NCBI GenBank assembly: GCA_050575255.1
Contig: JBNZDD010013646.1
Location: 2,163,491-2,227,490 of the forward strand
Reading direction: 5' to 3'
From: Harriotta raleighana
Lineage: Eukaryota
Length of the DNA: 64,000 nt
This document shows positions 38,005 to 51,264 of the stretch, in pieces. The first letter of the stretch is position 1, and the number at the start of each line of letters is the position of its first letter. The notes below the pieces were generated by a model. The model did not search any database. It saw only the letters and a program-made list of their open reading frames with translations, and was not told the DNA's origin. Made by a program: the position numbers and the translations under genes.

Positions 38005-38923
38005 GAAACAGATTCGATATTGCTCCACTCCGAACAATGGTGAAGATTTGTTTTTATCAAGAGAAAGCTCCTATGGAGCAAACCATTGTGCCAAATTTGT
38101 AGGATTATTCGGTTCTTAACCCACCTGATAATGATTCATTCAAATTCTGCTGTTTTATCACATTATTGCAAGAATTTTGAGATGTCCGTCCAATATGAAA
38201 AGGCACAATATAAATGTAAATTATCAATCTGTTCTGATGTGTTACAGATTTGCTATTGCATGAAGACAGGACAACTAATACAGAAAACATACCCAAGGTT
38301 TGTTTCACTGAATGTCACTTCCTCTGCTTTTGAATCTTTGTTCTGTTTTGGTTCAGGAGTTTGAATAATTTGCTTTGCTGTGATTTCAGTCTTTAAGTTG
38401 TTGCATGTCATCTCTAATAGCTTCACACCTTAGGTCGCATACTTTTCCCTTTTTTTATGTTTTGATTTAATTAAGGCTTTTTCTTCAGAGCGATGCTCCA
38501 TGCCTTGTGCACATTAATATTTGTGAAAACGAAGGTGTCTGTCAAAACTTTTGGAACAGCAGTGTGATAAAGATGAATTTTATAAGGCGTAGATTTATGC
38601 CAATATCTTAATTTTAGCTCCATACTTGTAATCACAGTCCAATCTATTGCACAAAATAGTTGCAATTGTGTCAGTTAACTTTGATTGCGAATGGGAAAGC
38701 TAAAATCACAATGATTCAAATTCCACGCATATAAAATGCAGGAGCAGTACCAAATATTCTTAAATCTAACATCAGGATATGTCTATGTGGATACAACTAT
38801 TAGATCTGGTTTACAACAGAATTTTCTCATGAATTTCCAGTAAATTACCATCATAAGATTGCTAATTTGCGATGAAATATGAATTTATAATGTAGAAGAA
38901 TCAATATGCACCAAAAAGGGAAT

Positions 38924-39277
38924 GGTCCTGTGGCTCAGTGGTTAGAGAATTCACCTTACGGCTTGATTATCGGTAGGGTAAAATGTTGGGCAAGTTTTGT
39001 TTCTCCAAACATCTCTATTTACCTAGCAGTAAGTGGGAACCCAATTGTTAATCGATTGCCGAATCACTTTTTCGGCAATAATAACTTCTTCAAATAATAA
39101 TAAACTGGTCATTTCAATCCATGACTGTTTGTGGGACACTGCTGTGCACAATTGGTTGCCACGTTTCACCCAGAAAATGTACAGTCAATTCACTTTACAG
39201 TGTATTTTATGAAGCACTTTGAACATTTCAAAGATATGATAAGATTCTATATTAAATGCAAGGATTATCATTATTAT
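38924..39277 (+). mobile_element. tRNA/Deu SINE, longer variant
   Basis: gtcctgtggctcagtggttagag head, extra block ctctatttacctagcagtaagtgggaacc, Deu core, tail. Confidence 0.85.
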
Positions 39278-40307
39278 AGTCACAGGACTTGATAGTGAAT
39301 CCTTGAAGCATTTTAATATAATGAAATGCACGGATTATTTAGTGGTATATTTTGTGGGTCTGCTCCCTTCCTATTATACAATTAACAAAATTTTGGCCAA
39401 AACTTATGCTGATGCGACAACAGTACTTCAATATCTGCACATGAAATTAGAGGCACTCTTATTTATTATACAGTATTTATATTCATTTGACATTTCAAAG
39501 TTAATTTTGCTGAATTTAACATGTGAAGTTAGAAACTAAAAGTTGGTCAACCAGATATAAACAGCAGCAACTATGCTATTATATGCGAGTGCAGTTGATA
39601 TTACATTTCAGAGATTGTAATATTAAGAAATAATGCCCTCAAGAAATGTGTAGGTTCATTGAAATAAAAATGAGGCGCCACATCACTGGAAGGCAATCCT
39701 TCATTGCATCTGTTTTTAATATACACATAATTACAAAATAAAAATGATTTAATGTAACATACCTCAAGCGTGTTTGTAATGATAAATAACGTGCTTTTTT
39801 GCCACTTGCGCAGTGGAAATCTTGTAATGCACCATAACATGAAAGCTCACAATGATGGAAGTGTTCACAGTCATTTTAAATATGTTGGACAATGTCATGG
39901 ACACACAAGTGGAAAATAAGATACGCACGATTCTTCATCAATTTGTCCACATTCATAGTCTCAGGCCTGCCCCACTGGAATAATTTATGTTTTTGTTCCA
40001 TGACCTGGATTTAACTACCACATCAGTTTTGGCTGACTTCCTGTATAATGGCCTAAATTACACTTCAATAAATTCAATTGGTCCTGCTATTCATTTTTAT
40101 GAATATATTTTGCGCCTGTTTTAAAGGTAGGAATATTGAGAGTAGCACTGAATAATTTGCTATTATCCAAACTTCCACCTCATCCACCTAATCTAACAAT
40201 AAATAAAGCCAAACATTTTCTTTCCCTCTCCCCAACATTCCTCTTTTTTAAATGTATGTCAATTTGTCTGAGTCATGTTGTTTAACTCCGGAATTGGTGT
40301 AGAACAT

Positions 40308-40490
40308 TAATAATAATAATCCTTGCATTTGATATAGCGCTTTTTACTTCTTCTAGATGTCTTAAAGAGCTTCACAGAATATATTGTTAAATGAATTGAC
40401 TGTATATTTGTGGGCGAACTGCAGCAGCTTATTGCGCACAGCAGTGTTCCACAAACAGTCGTGGATTAAAATAACCAATTTATTATCATT
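40308..40490 (-). mobile_element. Young SINE, 3' half
   Basis: aataatccttgcatttgatatagcgc...attgcgcacagcagtgttccacaaacagtcgtgg. Confidence 0.88.
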
Positions 40491-41309
40491 AATTTATTAT
40501 TGTCAGTGACAAAATTATCTCTTTTTTGTCATATTGTCATTGCGATTGTTTTAGACTCCCTATAAAGTTTCAGCTTTAACTTGTGCTTTTTTTCTCTCTC
40601 CCTCTCTCACTTTGTGATATCGATGTACTTGATGNATGTTTTCCTTGCAGGGGCCAAACTCACTCAGTCCCTGAGAAAATCAGTGAAAGTTACTCTTAAC
40701 ATTATCACGTTAGACACCGGGGAAAAGCTGTCCTGAAGCAGATGTATCTTCACAATATACATTTGCAATATAACTTACAATAGTTTATAAGGTTTAGTTT
40801 TGCTGCTGTGAATCTCATCACCACATGACTCAGAACTTACATACATTTACCACCAACTATAGTTGCCAATGAGGACTGTGAAGTGCTGCATTTATTATCA
40901 TTAATATATCTTTAGTCACAGGGAATTAAAATATATTTGAATTGAAGTTCAGTTATAGTTAAAATATGTTTTAGGAAAATGAAGAAAAATAAGCTAACAA
41001 TAATAATATATCACATAAATACTGTTTATTATAGCTTCTGGAGTATAACCAAAACATTTCCGCATCTTTTTGCAGACCAGGCCATTTAAGATCACTTTTC
41101 GTTAGATTTTTCATTGTAGGTCCCATGGCCCTTGAAAGCTCCCACATAATTGTTATCAATTATATCCTCTTGTCCCATCTTCCCTTTGCCAGCACCACTC
41201 TGATCGAAGCATTCTTATGAGATCCTGTGTACTTAGGCGTGTCGTTTAGTCTGTCAACAGCACCAGCCTTTGTTGTTTTTGTTATGCCACCATTATCTTA
41301 TTATTAGCA

Positions 41310-41730
41310 TTAGCCAACATACTCCCTGATCCTAGCATGTGCGGGCCTGAGACACGTTCTCACCGTTCCCTCACTCTGCTGGAAGACCACCAGGTTTTGG
41401 GAATGCCAAATGGCTTCCTTCACCGAGTTTCTAATCCTCCAAGCACACAAAACGCAGGTTTTGCTGTGAGTGCCCTGGAAGAGGCCGTACAGCACTGAGT
41501 GCCATGACAAAGGGTTCCCTGGGACGAATCCTTTTTCTCCAAACCCCCTTTGCAAAACTCCACTTCAGGAAGAAGTGGTTCACAGTCTCCTTCCCTCTGC
41601 AGTGAGCCTACTGCCCCAGACCTCGAATATACATCAAAACTCCGAGAGGGAGGGCCCCTTTAATCGCCAGCTAGGCCATGCCCTGATGTTGTGTTCATGC
41701 TGCTGGGAGCAAGAAGGCTATGCAGCAATG
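41310..41730 (-). mobile_element. L1/Tx1-clade LINE ORF2 C-terminal (zinc-finger region) fragment, degraded
   Basis: Minus strand HQGMA*LAIKGALP...CRGKETVNHFFLKWSFAKGVWR and SVLYGLFQGTHSKT...WRIRNSVKEAIWHSQNLVVFQ, resembling fish Tx1-type ORF2 ends. Confidence 0.78.
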
Positions 41731-42139
41731 TGAAATAGTAAGGCCAATTTATACCTCCCACTCCACACCTCTATGATTTGGAGCCCCCATTTAATGTAAA
41801 CACATAATGTCAATGGCCTCTACATGAACAAATGTCCACTTGCAATGAGTCCTGATATCAGAAGATGTTTGTTTTCTGAGCCCTGTTCAAACACCTGTTG
41901 ATATCATTTTTCATTGCATGTACACCTAGGTGTGTGAGTAGAATGCGCATACAACTGTGTTTGCATATTATTAGTCATAAAAGTTTTAAAAATCCTTTCA
42001 CACATTCAGCTCTTTGATACCATTAAAAAGTAATGGATAGCTTTTAATAGCAAGGAGGGAAACAAGGCAAGTGGGATTAATACAGGTTGCACTGATATTG
42101 TCAAGAAAGCAATTTCACAGTTCCTGAAAAAAACTTTTG

Positions 42140-42358
42140 CAATTTGATTCACCACTGCACCCATTCATACTTCAAACCATTGCCAGACATGCAGTACTCC
42201 CTCCCTCAATTCATTCGCCTCACCCCCTCGTTTTCCATTTTCAGGTCATGCCTGAAAAACTTTCTGTTCGACTGCGCCTATGGTCACCTTCCCTTTCCCC
42301 CTGGCTCGGACACCGTTGGGCATGGAGGGTGCTATATAAATACAAGTTGTTGTTGTTA
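42140..42358 (+). mobile_element. L2 3' end (tail type B)
   Basis: FRSCLKNFLFDCAY, then ggcatggagggtgctatataaatacaagttgttgttg. Confidence 0.75.
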
Positions 42359-43669
42359 TAAACACATCAGTTATTTACTCTTGTTACCATTAGTAATCAC
42401 TATTTAGTCAAATAGAGCAATAAAAATAGTGATACACAATTTACCTCCTTGAAGATATGTTAGGTTTAAATATATACAGTACAATTTGTATGTTGAGTAG
42501 ACATCTTATACAGCGACCACAATAACTACAACAAAATTGCATTGTATGTTAAAGACCTTCACTTATGTATGTTCAATTAAACTAGGGTAAATTGTTCCTT
42601 TCTCAGTACAACAGCTATATATATTTTTAATAGATTCATAGCCTATCCTAATTCAACTGTTCCCACCAGCCTCAAGATTATCAGAGTAACAAAAATCACC
42701 TTAAATTCAAATTATATTAATACATAGGACTTTATAACATATCACTATATGTATTGTGGATTGCCCTAAATCCTTATTGACCATACTGAAATAAGCCACT
42801 TTACCAGTCTACAGAGAAAATGGTAACCTTATTTGAGAATATTAAATAATTTGCTTTTCTGTCCATTTTGATCTTGTGCAATTTAAAGCTTTACAGCGTC
42901 AGCTGACACATTTCTTAAGAATTATTTCTACCGTGTAGAAATCTAACTTATAAGAAATGATCCTTAATTGTAATAAATGTCCATTTAATGCTCAGTGGAC
43001 TATAATTGTTACAATCAAATCTTTCATCTTCTCCCTACAATCAATGTTTGAAGATTTTTAGTAGTACTTAATGAGAACAGACACTTTCATAATTCTCCAT
43101 CATGTGGAATTTGTGGCTCAGTGATGTGACTCGGTTACATAATTAATCTAGTGGAACTAACAGTGACACTGTCTGTCTCTGGAGAGACATCACTGGACAC
43201 ATTTATTATGTATCTACCATCACCGCGATCTGTCAGCTACTTTACTGCAACTCCTGCTGTCAACAGCATCAGTAGTGATTGTAAATAGGATGTTTCTACT
43301 AGTTTTGTTCTCACACTCTACTTCATGTCAATCTATAAAAAATCCGACATTTAAATCAGACAATAAATCAAAACACCAGATAAAAACTTTCTGCTTATGC
43401 TTTCTTCGTATGAGATCACCCCTCAAAATTAATTTCCTCTTTCATATAAGATCCTATTGCCTTGAAAGTTTCCTCACATTCTCTGTTAAAACTAGTGACA
43501 AACCAGTGTTTATTAATGACATCAACTATTAATTTTGCTCTCAGGGCTCTTGAATCTCACACCATATTCCATTTCAGTGCCACTGCTAAGATTCAGTCTC
43601 AAAACAATGTAAAATAAAAATAACTTCACCTTGGCATTGGTGAGGGTACAGTGAAGGAGAACTAAATTG

Positions 43670-44000
43670 ATAGCTGGAATTGTTTGAGTTATAGGGAGAG
43701 GCTGTGGGAGATGGGAATATTCACACTGGGATTGAGAAGGCTAAGGATAGATATCATTTCAGTATTCAAGATCCTATAGGGTATAAATAAATTCAACCTT
43801 AATGTCTAATGTGGTCACAAAATCTACAAGAGCATAACTGAAGCACAGAAGAACAGACAGTATTGTTTTAATGACTTTATTCAGAGAGTGGTGAACATGT
43901 AAAATAAATTACCCAAGATGGCAGTGAAAGGCAGGTTTTGACAGCAAATGCAAAATAGAATTAGATAAATATCCAGCAAATAAATCAATTGAGAGATATC
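43670..44000 (+). mobile_element. Old CR1 3' fragment
   Basis: ttgagttatagggagaggctg...gagaaggctaaggatagatatc...tttattcagagagtggtgaac. Confidence 0.7.
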
Positions 44001-44269
44001 AAAGTTATAATGTAGAATGTATGTACATTTATCTTTTCTAATGTTATATATTTTCAATTAAATTTAAGCATTTTACATTTGCTGAATAAATCGACTATTC
44101 TAGGTTGGTAGAGGTTGAGTAAAATAACTCCATTGGTTGTACAATTAAAATGTTATCAAAATCATAAAATAATTGGTTCAAACATGCAATCAATGACAGT
44201 TTGTTTTTCTACAAACAGTGAGAGTTTGGAGAATATGATTTGGGAAGGGATGTGAGACCAGTGTGGTTC

Positions 44270-44372
44270 TATAAATTGCACAGTCACTTTACAATAAATT
44301 GCTGTGAAGCGCTTTGAAATTTCTTCTGATGTGAAAGGCACCAAAGAAATGTAAGGATTGTTATTATTATTC
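44270..44372 (+). mobile_element. SINE 3' tail
   Basis: cactttacaat...ctgtgaagcgctttgaaat...gtgaaaggc...aaggattgttattatt. Confidence 0.7.
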
Positions 44373-44574
44373 TCAGTTACTCATCTGCCACAATTTTATA
44401 TTGCAAGGATAAAGATAGGTGGATGGGAAATATGAAAGACTATGTTCATGATGCCAACACATATTTGTATCTACAAAAACAATAATTACATTTAGTATAA
44501 TGCCTTTTATATCAGGATATCAGAAAGATGTCCTAAAACATTTCATAAGATTAATGTAAAGACTATGTATGAAT

Positions 44575-44862
44575 AATAATAATAATAATTCTTGAATTTT
44601 TATGAATATTGTGATGGTGAAGATTGTACTTGATTTATACATAGTAAAGTCCCAGAAACAGCCATGAAGTGACTCATCAATATTACCTGAAAGATTGTTG
44701 GGAAGGATATTTTATTAGCAAGTGCAATGCAAGCAGGCAGACAGGATTTTGGTTTAATGTCTTATCTAACGGACACAATCTCCTACAAATGTAGCATTAT
44801 TCTCCAACATTGAGCCCATAACTGTTTGACTTAGTGGTGAGAGTACTACCAATCGAACAAGG
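44575..44862 (-). mobile_element. Older Deu-type SINE, degraded
   Basis: cccagaaacagccatgaagtgac...ggtttaatgtcttatct...tgacttagtggtgagagtactacc. Confidence 0.6.
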
Positions 44863-46512
44863 CATAATTTGGAAATTTGATCAAATGTTGTTTGTGACAT
44901 GATTATAAGAACATAGACATGTTATCAATTACGAAAGTAGAAAACCCTATTCAGCCAAGAAAATATGGAAATTCCTACGCAAAAAAATTAAGAATCAGGA
45001 AGTCTTCATGATGAAGTTAATGTCCTCAGAGAGTAACATAAAAACAAAAAAAAACTTCCAAGAAGTAAAACCTTCAACATTTCACACTGACTGATAGCAC
45101 TAGTAAAACAAAATTTTAAAATGCCATTGACATCAATCTAACATGGCAATCCCATTATTCAACCTTAATCGGTTGCATTGGATAGCTGACAGTTTTATGG
45201 TTTCAGTAGAAGTTTTCAAGATGATATTGTATTTGATCATCTATATGTGTGATTATTCCAGGACCTGATAAGTGAGTAATGAAGGTGGATTATGATGATG
45301 TGATCAGTTATTACCAATTAGATTATATCATAAGAAATGTGACCACTGTCAATGTTTCAGTCAATGTCTGTCTCTTAATCATAAATTAAATCAAATCTCA
45401 CAACATGCATTGGAATGCTACAAACCACTGAGCAGGTGATTCTTTGGCGGTCACTGACTGGCTCAATATCTATTGAGAGGCAATTTGGGCCCACCCATTT
45501 TGACAAAGTTTGTCATTCTTTAGAGAATTATTGACTGAGGCATCATCGAGGGCAAAATTTCTGACAGCGTAATAATACTCAGTCATTATACCTCAATCCG
45601 GAGCCCCAAATCCAGAATGATATTGGTGCTCCCCAAATCCTGGGATTCATTGAAGGGAATCCCAGAATGTGGAGTTTGTATAAAGGCTGAGCCATGATGG
45701 AAGGCAAGGATCTTTTTGCAATAATCAACTGGTGTGAAGAACGACCACTGGCATCCTGGATGAGGTAAGATTTAGAATCTCGGGATCCCAGAATTTGGGA
45801 TTTAAAATACTAGCAATCTGAAAGAGCATCAGGATTTTGCTACCCCTATTTGTATTTATCTATTCCTCCACCTTTCTCACCTTAAAATGTATTGCTTTGT
45901 AACCTGTCTCACAAATTGTCCTCCATGAATGGCATTATATAAATGCAAGTTTTTGATAATATTCACATCATTTTCTGACCAGTCTAACACAGAATAACTT
46001 ATCAAACAATAAAATAAACAAGATTCATGATGAATTCAATGTGATAATCATCATTGAGTGACACAGTATATTTTGTTAATTAGCATCTACTTTCAATCAC
46101 ATTTGATACCTTTCAAAAATTATCATTAATATAAGGTTGAATTGGTTGCATAATTCTGCATATTATATGTCATGATATTCATCTCCATTTGCAGCATATT
46201 GGATTGAAAACTAAATACTACAGGCCTGCTATGCCACACAAATATGTGCAGAGTTAACAATGGAAATTGGTGAGCGAATCGCAATAACCTGTGTTAATAT
46301 TGAAAATAAATTCCTTCGGTCTTTTTTCCAGCATTAAAAATTTAACAATACCACCAAACATTTAATAGGTCTTCATTAATGCAAGAAATGCAGAGCACTG
46401 TTAGTTTGTTCTGTAAATTTAGACGATGACAATAGGCTGCTTCAAGAACAACACTGATTTATAGTTGTTATATGTTGGAAAACATGCTAAACCATGCCCC
46501 GGAAGGACTATA

Positions 46513-46790
46513 CCCACCCACAAATATACAGTCAATTCACTTTACAGTATCAAAAGCACACACTCAGCAGGTCAGGTAGCATCTATGGAGAAAGGAAAGT
46601 GAGTCAATGTTTCGGGCCCACAACCTATCATCAGAAAATTCATAGATACTGCCTGACCTGCTAAGTTTTCCAAGCTCTCTGTTTTTGTTTCAGATTTCCA
46701 GCATCAGCAGTATTTTGGGTGAAGCACTTTGTGACATCTATAAAACATGAACAGCGCTGTATCAAAATGCAAGATTTATCATTATTATAT
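46513..46790 (+). mobile_element. Young SINE 3' half split by a Penelope-like element
   Basis: cacaaatatacagtcaattcactttacagtat [insert] gtgaagcactttgtgacatc...aatgcaagatttatcattatt. Confidence 0.8.
46551..46717. mobile_element. Penelope-like inverted-repeat element, partial, with a hammerhead core on the minus strand
   Basis: cagcaggtcaggtagcatctatg / catagatactgcctgacctgct inverted repeat; minus strand TTT-CTGATGA-TAGGTTGTGGGCCC-GAAAC-ATTGAC. Confidence 0.7.
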
Positions 46791-47009
46791 TGGACAGCAG
46801 ATATGACTGAAACATGTTCTACCTCATATACAGGGGACTGTATGAATGCAAGTTGTTGTTGTAAACTTTTTTTTCTTTCTTAGCTAATTATGCTTTCAAT
46901 TATATGTTTATTTCCCTTAGTTATAAGTAAATTAAGGGTACTAACTTTTGAGGGATTACTATCAGGCATGTGGAATAAAGAAACGTGCCCAAGGTTTTGC
47001 CCTCCCTGA

Positions 47010-47415
47010 AAGTTTTATGCCTTATTTGTGATCAGGTTTCTCCCTGCCTTCTTGTTCTCTTTGACCTCTTTGGTGTCTTCAACACTGTTGACCACTCCAT
47101 CATCCTGCCTACTGCCTCTTCTCCCAGCTCAGTCTTCATGGACCTGCCCTTGCTTGGTTTGATTCTTACCTATCCCACCATCTCCACTTTGTCGCCACAA
47201 TGGCTTCTCCTCCAGCCCGCGCACCTATGGTGCCCCATAAGGCTCTGTCCTTAGCCCCCTACTTTTCAATATCCTTGGTGACATCATGGGGTAAACTTCC
47301 ATACATATGGGGATGACACCCAACTCTATCTTTCTGCCTCATCCTTGAGTCCAGGACCACTGCTTGTTTGACATCAAGTGCTGGATGAGAGCTAATTTTC
47401 TATAGTTGAATGTCA
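47010..47415 (+). mobile_element. L2 RT fragment
   Basis: LLVLFDLFGVFNTVDHSI, ggctctgtccttagccccctact, catatggggatgacacccaactctat (YGDDTQLY). Confidence 0.85.
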
Positions 47416-47599
47416 TACTTGCACAACACATTAAATGATTGAGAACAACCACACGGCCATGGTGTAGCCACCAAGTGGCTCTGCCTGTTCATGAGATCAA
47501 AAATTATTTCCTAAAGTATCTTACATTAAAGTTCTCAAATCCAGAATATGAATTAGTAAGTTTGTTGTTTAGATATTTTAAGATCTTCTGTGTTGAAAC

Positions 47600-47738
47600 A
47601 GATTATTGTTTGTGGGCCATAGCTGTGCACAAATTGGCAGCTATGTATGCCTACATATCCAATTTGCAGTGAAATCCTATGAAGCATTTTGAGATATCTC
47701 AAAGATGTGATAAAACGCTTTACCTACTGAGAGGATTA
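47600..47738 (+). mobile_element. Deu-type SINE 3' part
   Basis: tgtttgtgggccatagctgtgcacaaattggcagct plus tail. Confidence 0.7.
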
Positions 47739-48094
47739 GCATCTTGTTCGTGAAAAGATCATCTGGTTTTGGGTAGTCTAGTGAGATACCTCTCTCTTCA
47801 AAATCAGATTTCATACAACTTATTCTTAAGCAATTGGTGCTTTGAGACAAGTTGATTCTGGCTAATAATTCCCTAGAATCTATGATCCAGATAAAACCAA
47901 TATCTTACTTCATGACATGCAAAGTGCTATATCAAATGTAAGGATTATTATAAGGACTGCATCTCCAATAATGCATTATTTGGAGTGTGGATCTGTTAGC
48001 CTGCAGAATAGGAGCTAAAAGTTCCAAGCCATGTCTAAAACCCACCGCTATCTGAGCGGAATGTACTATTAGCTCAACCAAGTTGACAGGTGAA

Positions 48095-48570
48095 AAAAGG
48101 TTTTGGCAGCAGAGGCAGTGGGGAACCATTCAATGTTGTGGAGGTGGGAGAAGGCAGAGCAGGTCACAGCATGGATGTAGTAGAAGGGATATTTGATGGT
48201 CAAACAAAATGTCAAAGTTTTGGACTGGCTTAGTAAGGTGGAGTGTACATCCTCAGATGGAGATGCTGTCAGTAACTGAGGTGTGAAGGCACTGACGGAA
48301 GCCAATCAGGAGTGTCTCGGTCTTGTTGTCATTCAGCTGAAGAAACTTAGCTCTCATCGAGGACTTGATGTGTGACAATAACATTTGTAGACAGACATTC
48401 TGTCAAGACAACTGTGGTCCTGGAGTCAAGCGTGGAAGCAGAGATACTGTATATAGTTGGGTATTCATCCATGTACATGTGGAAGTGATCCCTGTCTGTT
48501 AACGATTTCACCAAGTGGGAACTTATAAACATTGAAGAAGACCAAGGACCTAGCCTAAGCTCCCTCCCAC
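48095..48570 (-). mobile_element. L2 RT fragment
   Basis: Minus strand HFHMYMDE.., ttcagctgaatgacaacaagaccgagac, AFSHLHNI. Confidence 0.8.
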
Positions 48571-50494
48571 CAATACTGAAACACTATAACAACTGCTCTT
48601 TTAGAGCTGTTTAGTTCAGCCATTATCTGCATAGTGCATCTGTGAGTATTGTTAATTTTGATTTACTTGATCAAACTCTGTTTGAGAAGTAAACCGAGTG
48701 GAACTTGTATATGAGTCCATCCCCGTTTGGTAGCAATATTTTCAGAAACATGATTATTTCAACAGTTTGAGGAGTTTAAAAAAAAGTGTTGTATTTACAC
48801 CAATCAGAATCTAAGGTGAGATCTTTCTCATGGCACTAAGTGCAGTGACAGTGACAGTTTGTTAACATCGAGTATTCCTCTCCTCTTGGCACACTTACTA
48901 ACAGGAGCAATTTCTCATCCCAAGTGTAAGTTAATTCTCAAGTGTTAATCTAATATGCTCACTTGAAAATGAATACCCTAGCTGCTGTTTATTCTATTCA
49001 TTGTCAATCTGCCTTATCTGGCAGCTATCTGGCCTCTGTGCCAGGAGGTCAGAATTTTTATTTTTTCCATAGACTAGACTGACAATCTGAAGATTTTCTA
49101 TATTAATGAAGGTGCCAACCTTTAGTCAAAAGAGTATGCACAATCTAAAACAGCATTCACATACTTTATACATTGTTGGAATGTGATCATTCAGATGATA
49201 AACCATTTAATGCACATGTGTAAAACAGGAAATAACATTGATGATGACTTAATGTCCCAGAACCCAGTCAATTTAGCTTCCTGTGGTTGAAAAAAAGCTA
49301 TCCTCTGAGTCATCGGTCACCATTGACATATGTCAACGTTTTCTTCAGGTGTAGAAAGCAGTTAGTGATGTTGTGTTAATGTGATGGAAACTGTGGGAAT
49401 ACTACAATTTAGAACCTCTAAAAGTAAATTCATTGCACGTTTTAAGAACTTATGTTATCTGATCTATTTTGTGAGGTATGCCTGCTTTCAACCAGTCTCA
49501 TGGATGAGCATGGAAACTATAAGTAAGTGACATCAAAGAAGAACATTATTGCTCCTGTAACCTACTCTCAGTTAACAACAACAACTTGCACTTATATAGC
49601 AGCCTCCATGCAGGATAGCATCTCTGCCTTGAAGAAAGGCACAAAAACACTTTTGCTCTATATATAGTTTGTATATAGTTTGTATATAGTTTTTGAAAGA
49701 AAAAATAACCTGGTAGTTTTATATTGTGTCAGTTTTGATAGAATAAATATATTGTGTTTCTCTGGATCTTGAAGAAAGGCACAATTCTGAATTAGAAGTT
49801 GTTTGTTTTAATTACTAGCTGGGGAGGTACGTAAAAGGCACATGAAAATAACAGATTGTCAGAGATATATTAGTGAACTGTATGTAGCCTCTCAGTTCAG
49901 CACACATGACTAAGCTCCACTGGTATCACACAACGGGTGTGAACCCAGCAGCAGAATGATAACAGCCATCTGACATGAATCTCATGTGAGTGTAAATTGA
50001 ACAACTGTGAGATGATACCTGAGATGGAGGTGCCATGGAATTGCTTCTGCATTTGAGGATTAGCAATTATAAAAGAAAAGCAACAAAGAAATACTGGAAT
50101 GAAACTAAGCCTTTGCTATATGATCAACACAAAATATATAAAAGAAATCTTGATATGTATTCCATAACCCACAAGTCTCGGCAATACAATTCTAAGTTAT
50201 TGCAAAATATAATAATAATAATTTTGCATTTGATTTGGCCTGGAAATCAACTGTTCAACTCAACCAATCGAGAAGAAAATAGTGACATTATTATGCAAAA
50301 CCTGCCTGGGTATTCATCTTGAGATAATCTAAATTGCTTTTAATTATTTTGATATGCTTAGGAATTATATCAAATTTCAAAGATTATTATTTTGTTGTGT
50401 AATGTAAACAGCTGGTCAGTGTATGAGAGGAACTCCAATATCGCTTTACTATCAATGGCTCTGCATACTGTGGCACTCACAAAGCCATGATAGT

Positions 50495-50935
50495 ACAACA
50501 AAATTACATTTGTATAGCGGCTTTCACATCAGGAGGACTTCTCAAGTCACTAGACAGTCAGTGTTTCGAACCCGAGCTGGGGGTCAGAATTGGGGAGAGT
50601 GTAGGGCAGCAGAGAAGGACGTTGTACCAAAACAACATTGGCCACGAGCAGAACAGGCAAAGAAGTTTATCAAAATCTGCTGCCTGGACCAATGACCGAA
50701 ACTTCTGCAAGTCATTTTTCAAACCTTCCAGGGATCGCCCTCAAACTCACCAAACTCGTTTGCATCTTAGGCAGCATGTACAATCCCCAGCATTCCTTTC
50801 TACCTTACATCGTTCTCTTACCAGGACCATTTTTTGCCATCTCAGTCAAATTGCCCACCAAACACACCAAATGCAGCCAATACCCTTATCTATGCCTTTG
50901 TCACTTCCCGGCTGGACTATTCCAATGCCCTCCCT
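50495..50935. mobile_element. L2 tail on the minus strand (~50495-50620) plus an L2 fragment on the plus strand (~50650-50935)
   Basis: acaaaattacatttgtatagcggctttcacatcaggagga; AANTLIYAFVTSRLDYSNAL. Confidence 0.75.
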
Positions 50936-51264
50936 GTTGTTGTTGTAACATTTTATTTTCCCTTTCTGAATGCAAAATCTGTAAAACAATTGTGCTATCA
51001 AGTCATTCCCAGTAATGTATAACAATTAATGTTCAAGAATTTTTAATGCAAATTCAAGGATTTCTTGTACACATTCATTGAGTCACAAGCTAACACATTC
51101 AAACTTATCTCCCGAGTGCTATAAATTACTAACTCTCATAGTTGTCGGCAACAGCAATGAGGTCCATTGCAATCATGTTTTCTCATCTTACAAAAACAGA
51201 TAACACCATTCATGAGAAATAAAATATATGTTTTAATGTTGATTAGTTACTTCTGTTTTTCCCA

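Noticed and set aside
40640-40740. Acceptor-like ttccttgcag followed by short open frames
   Set aside because: All frames stop within ~30 codons, no convincing donor follows, and it sits next to an N junction at 40635.
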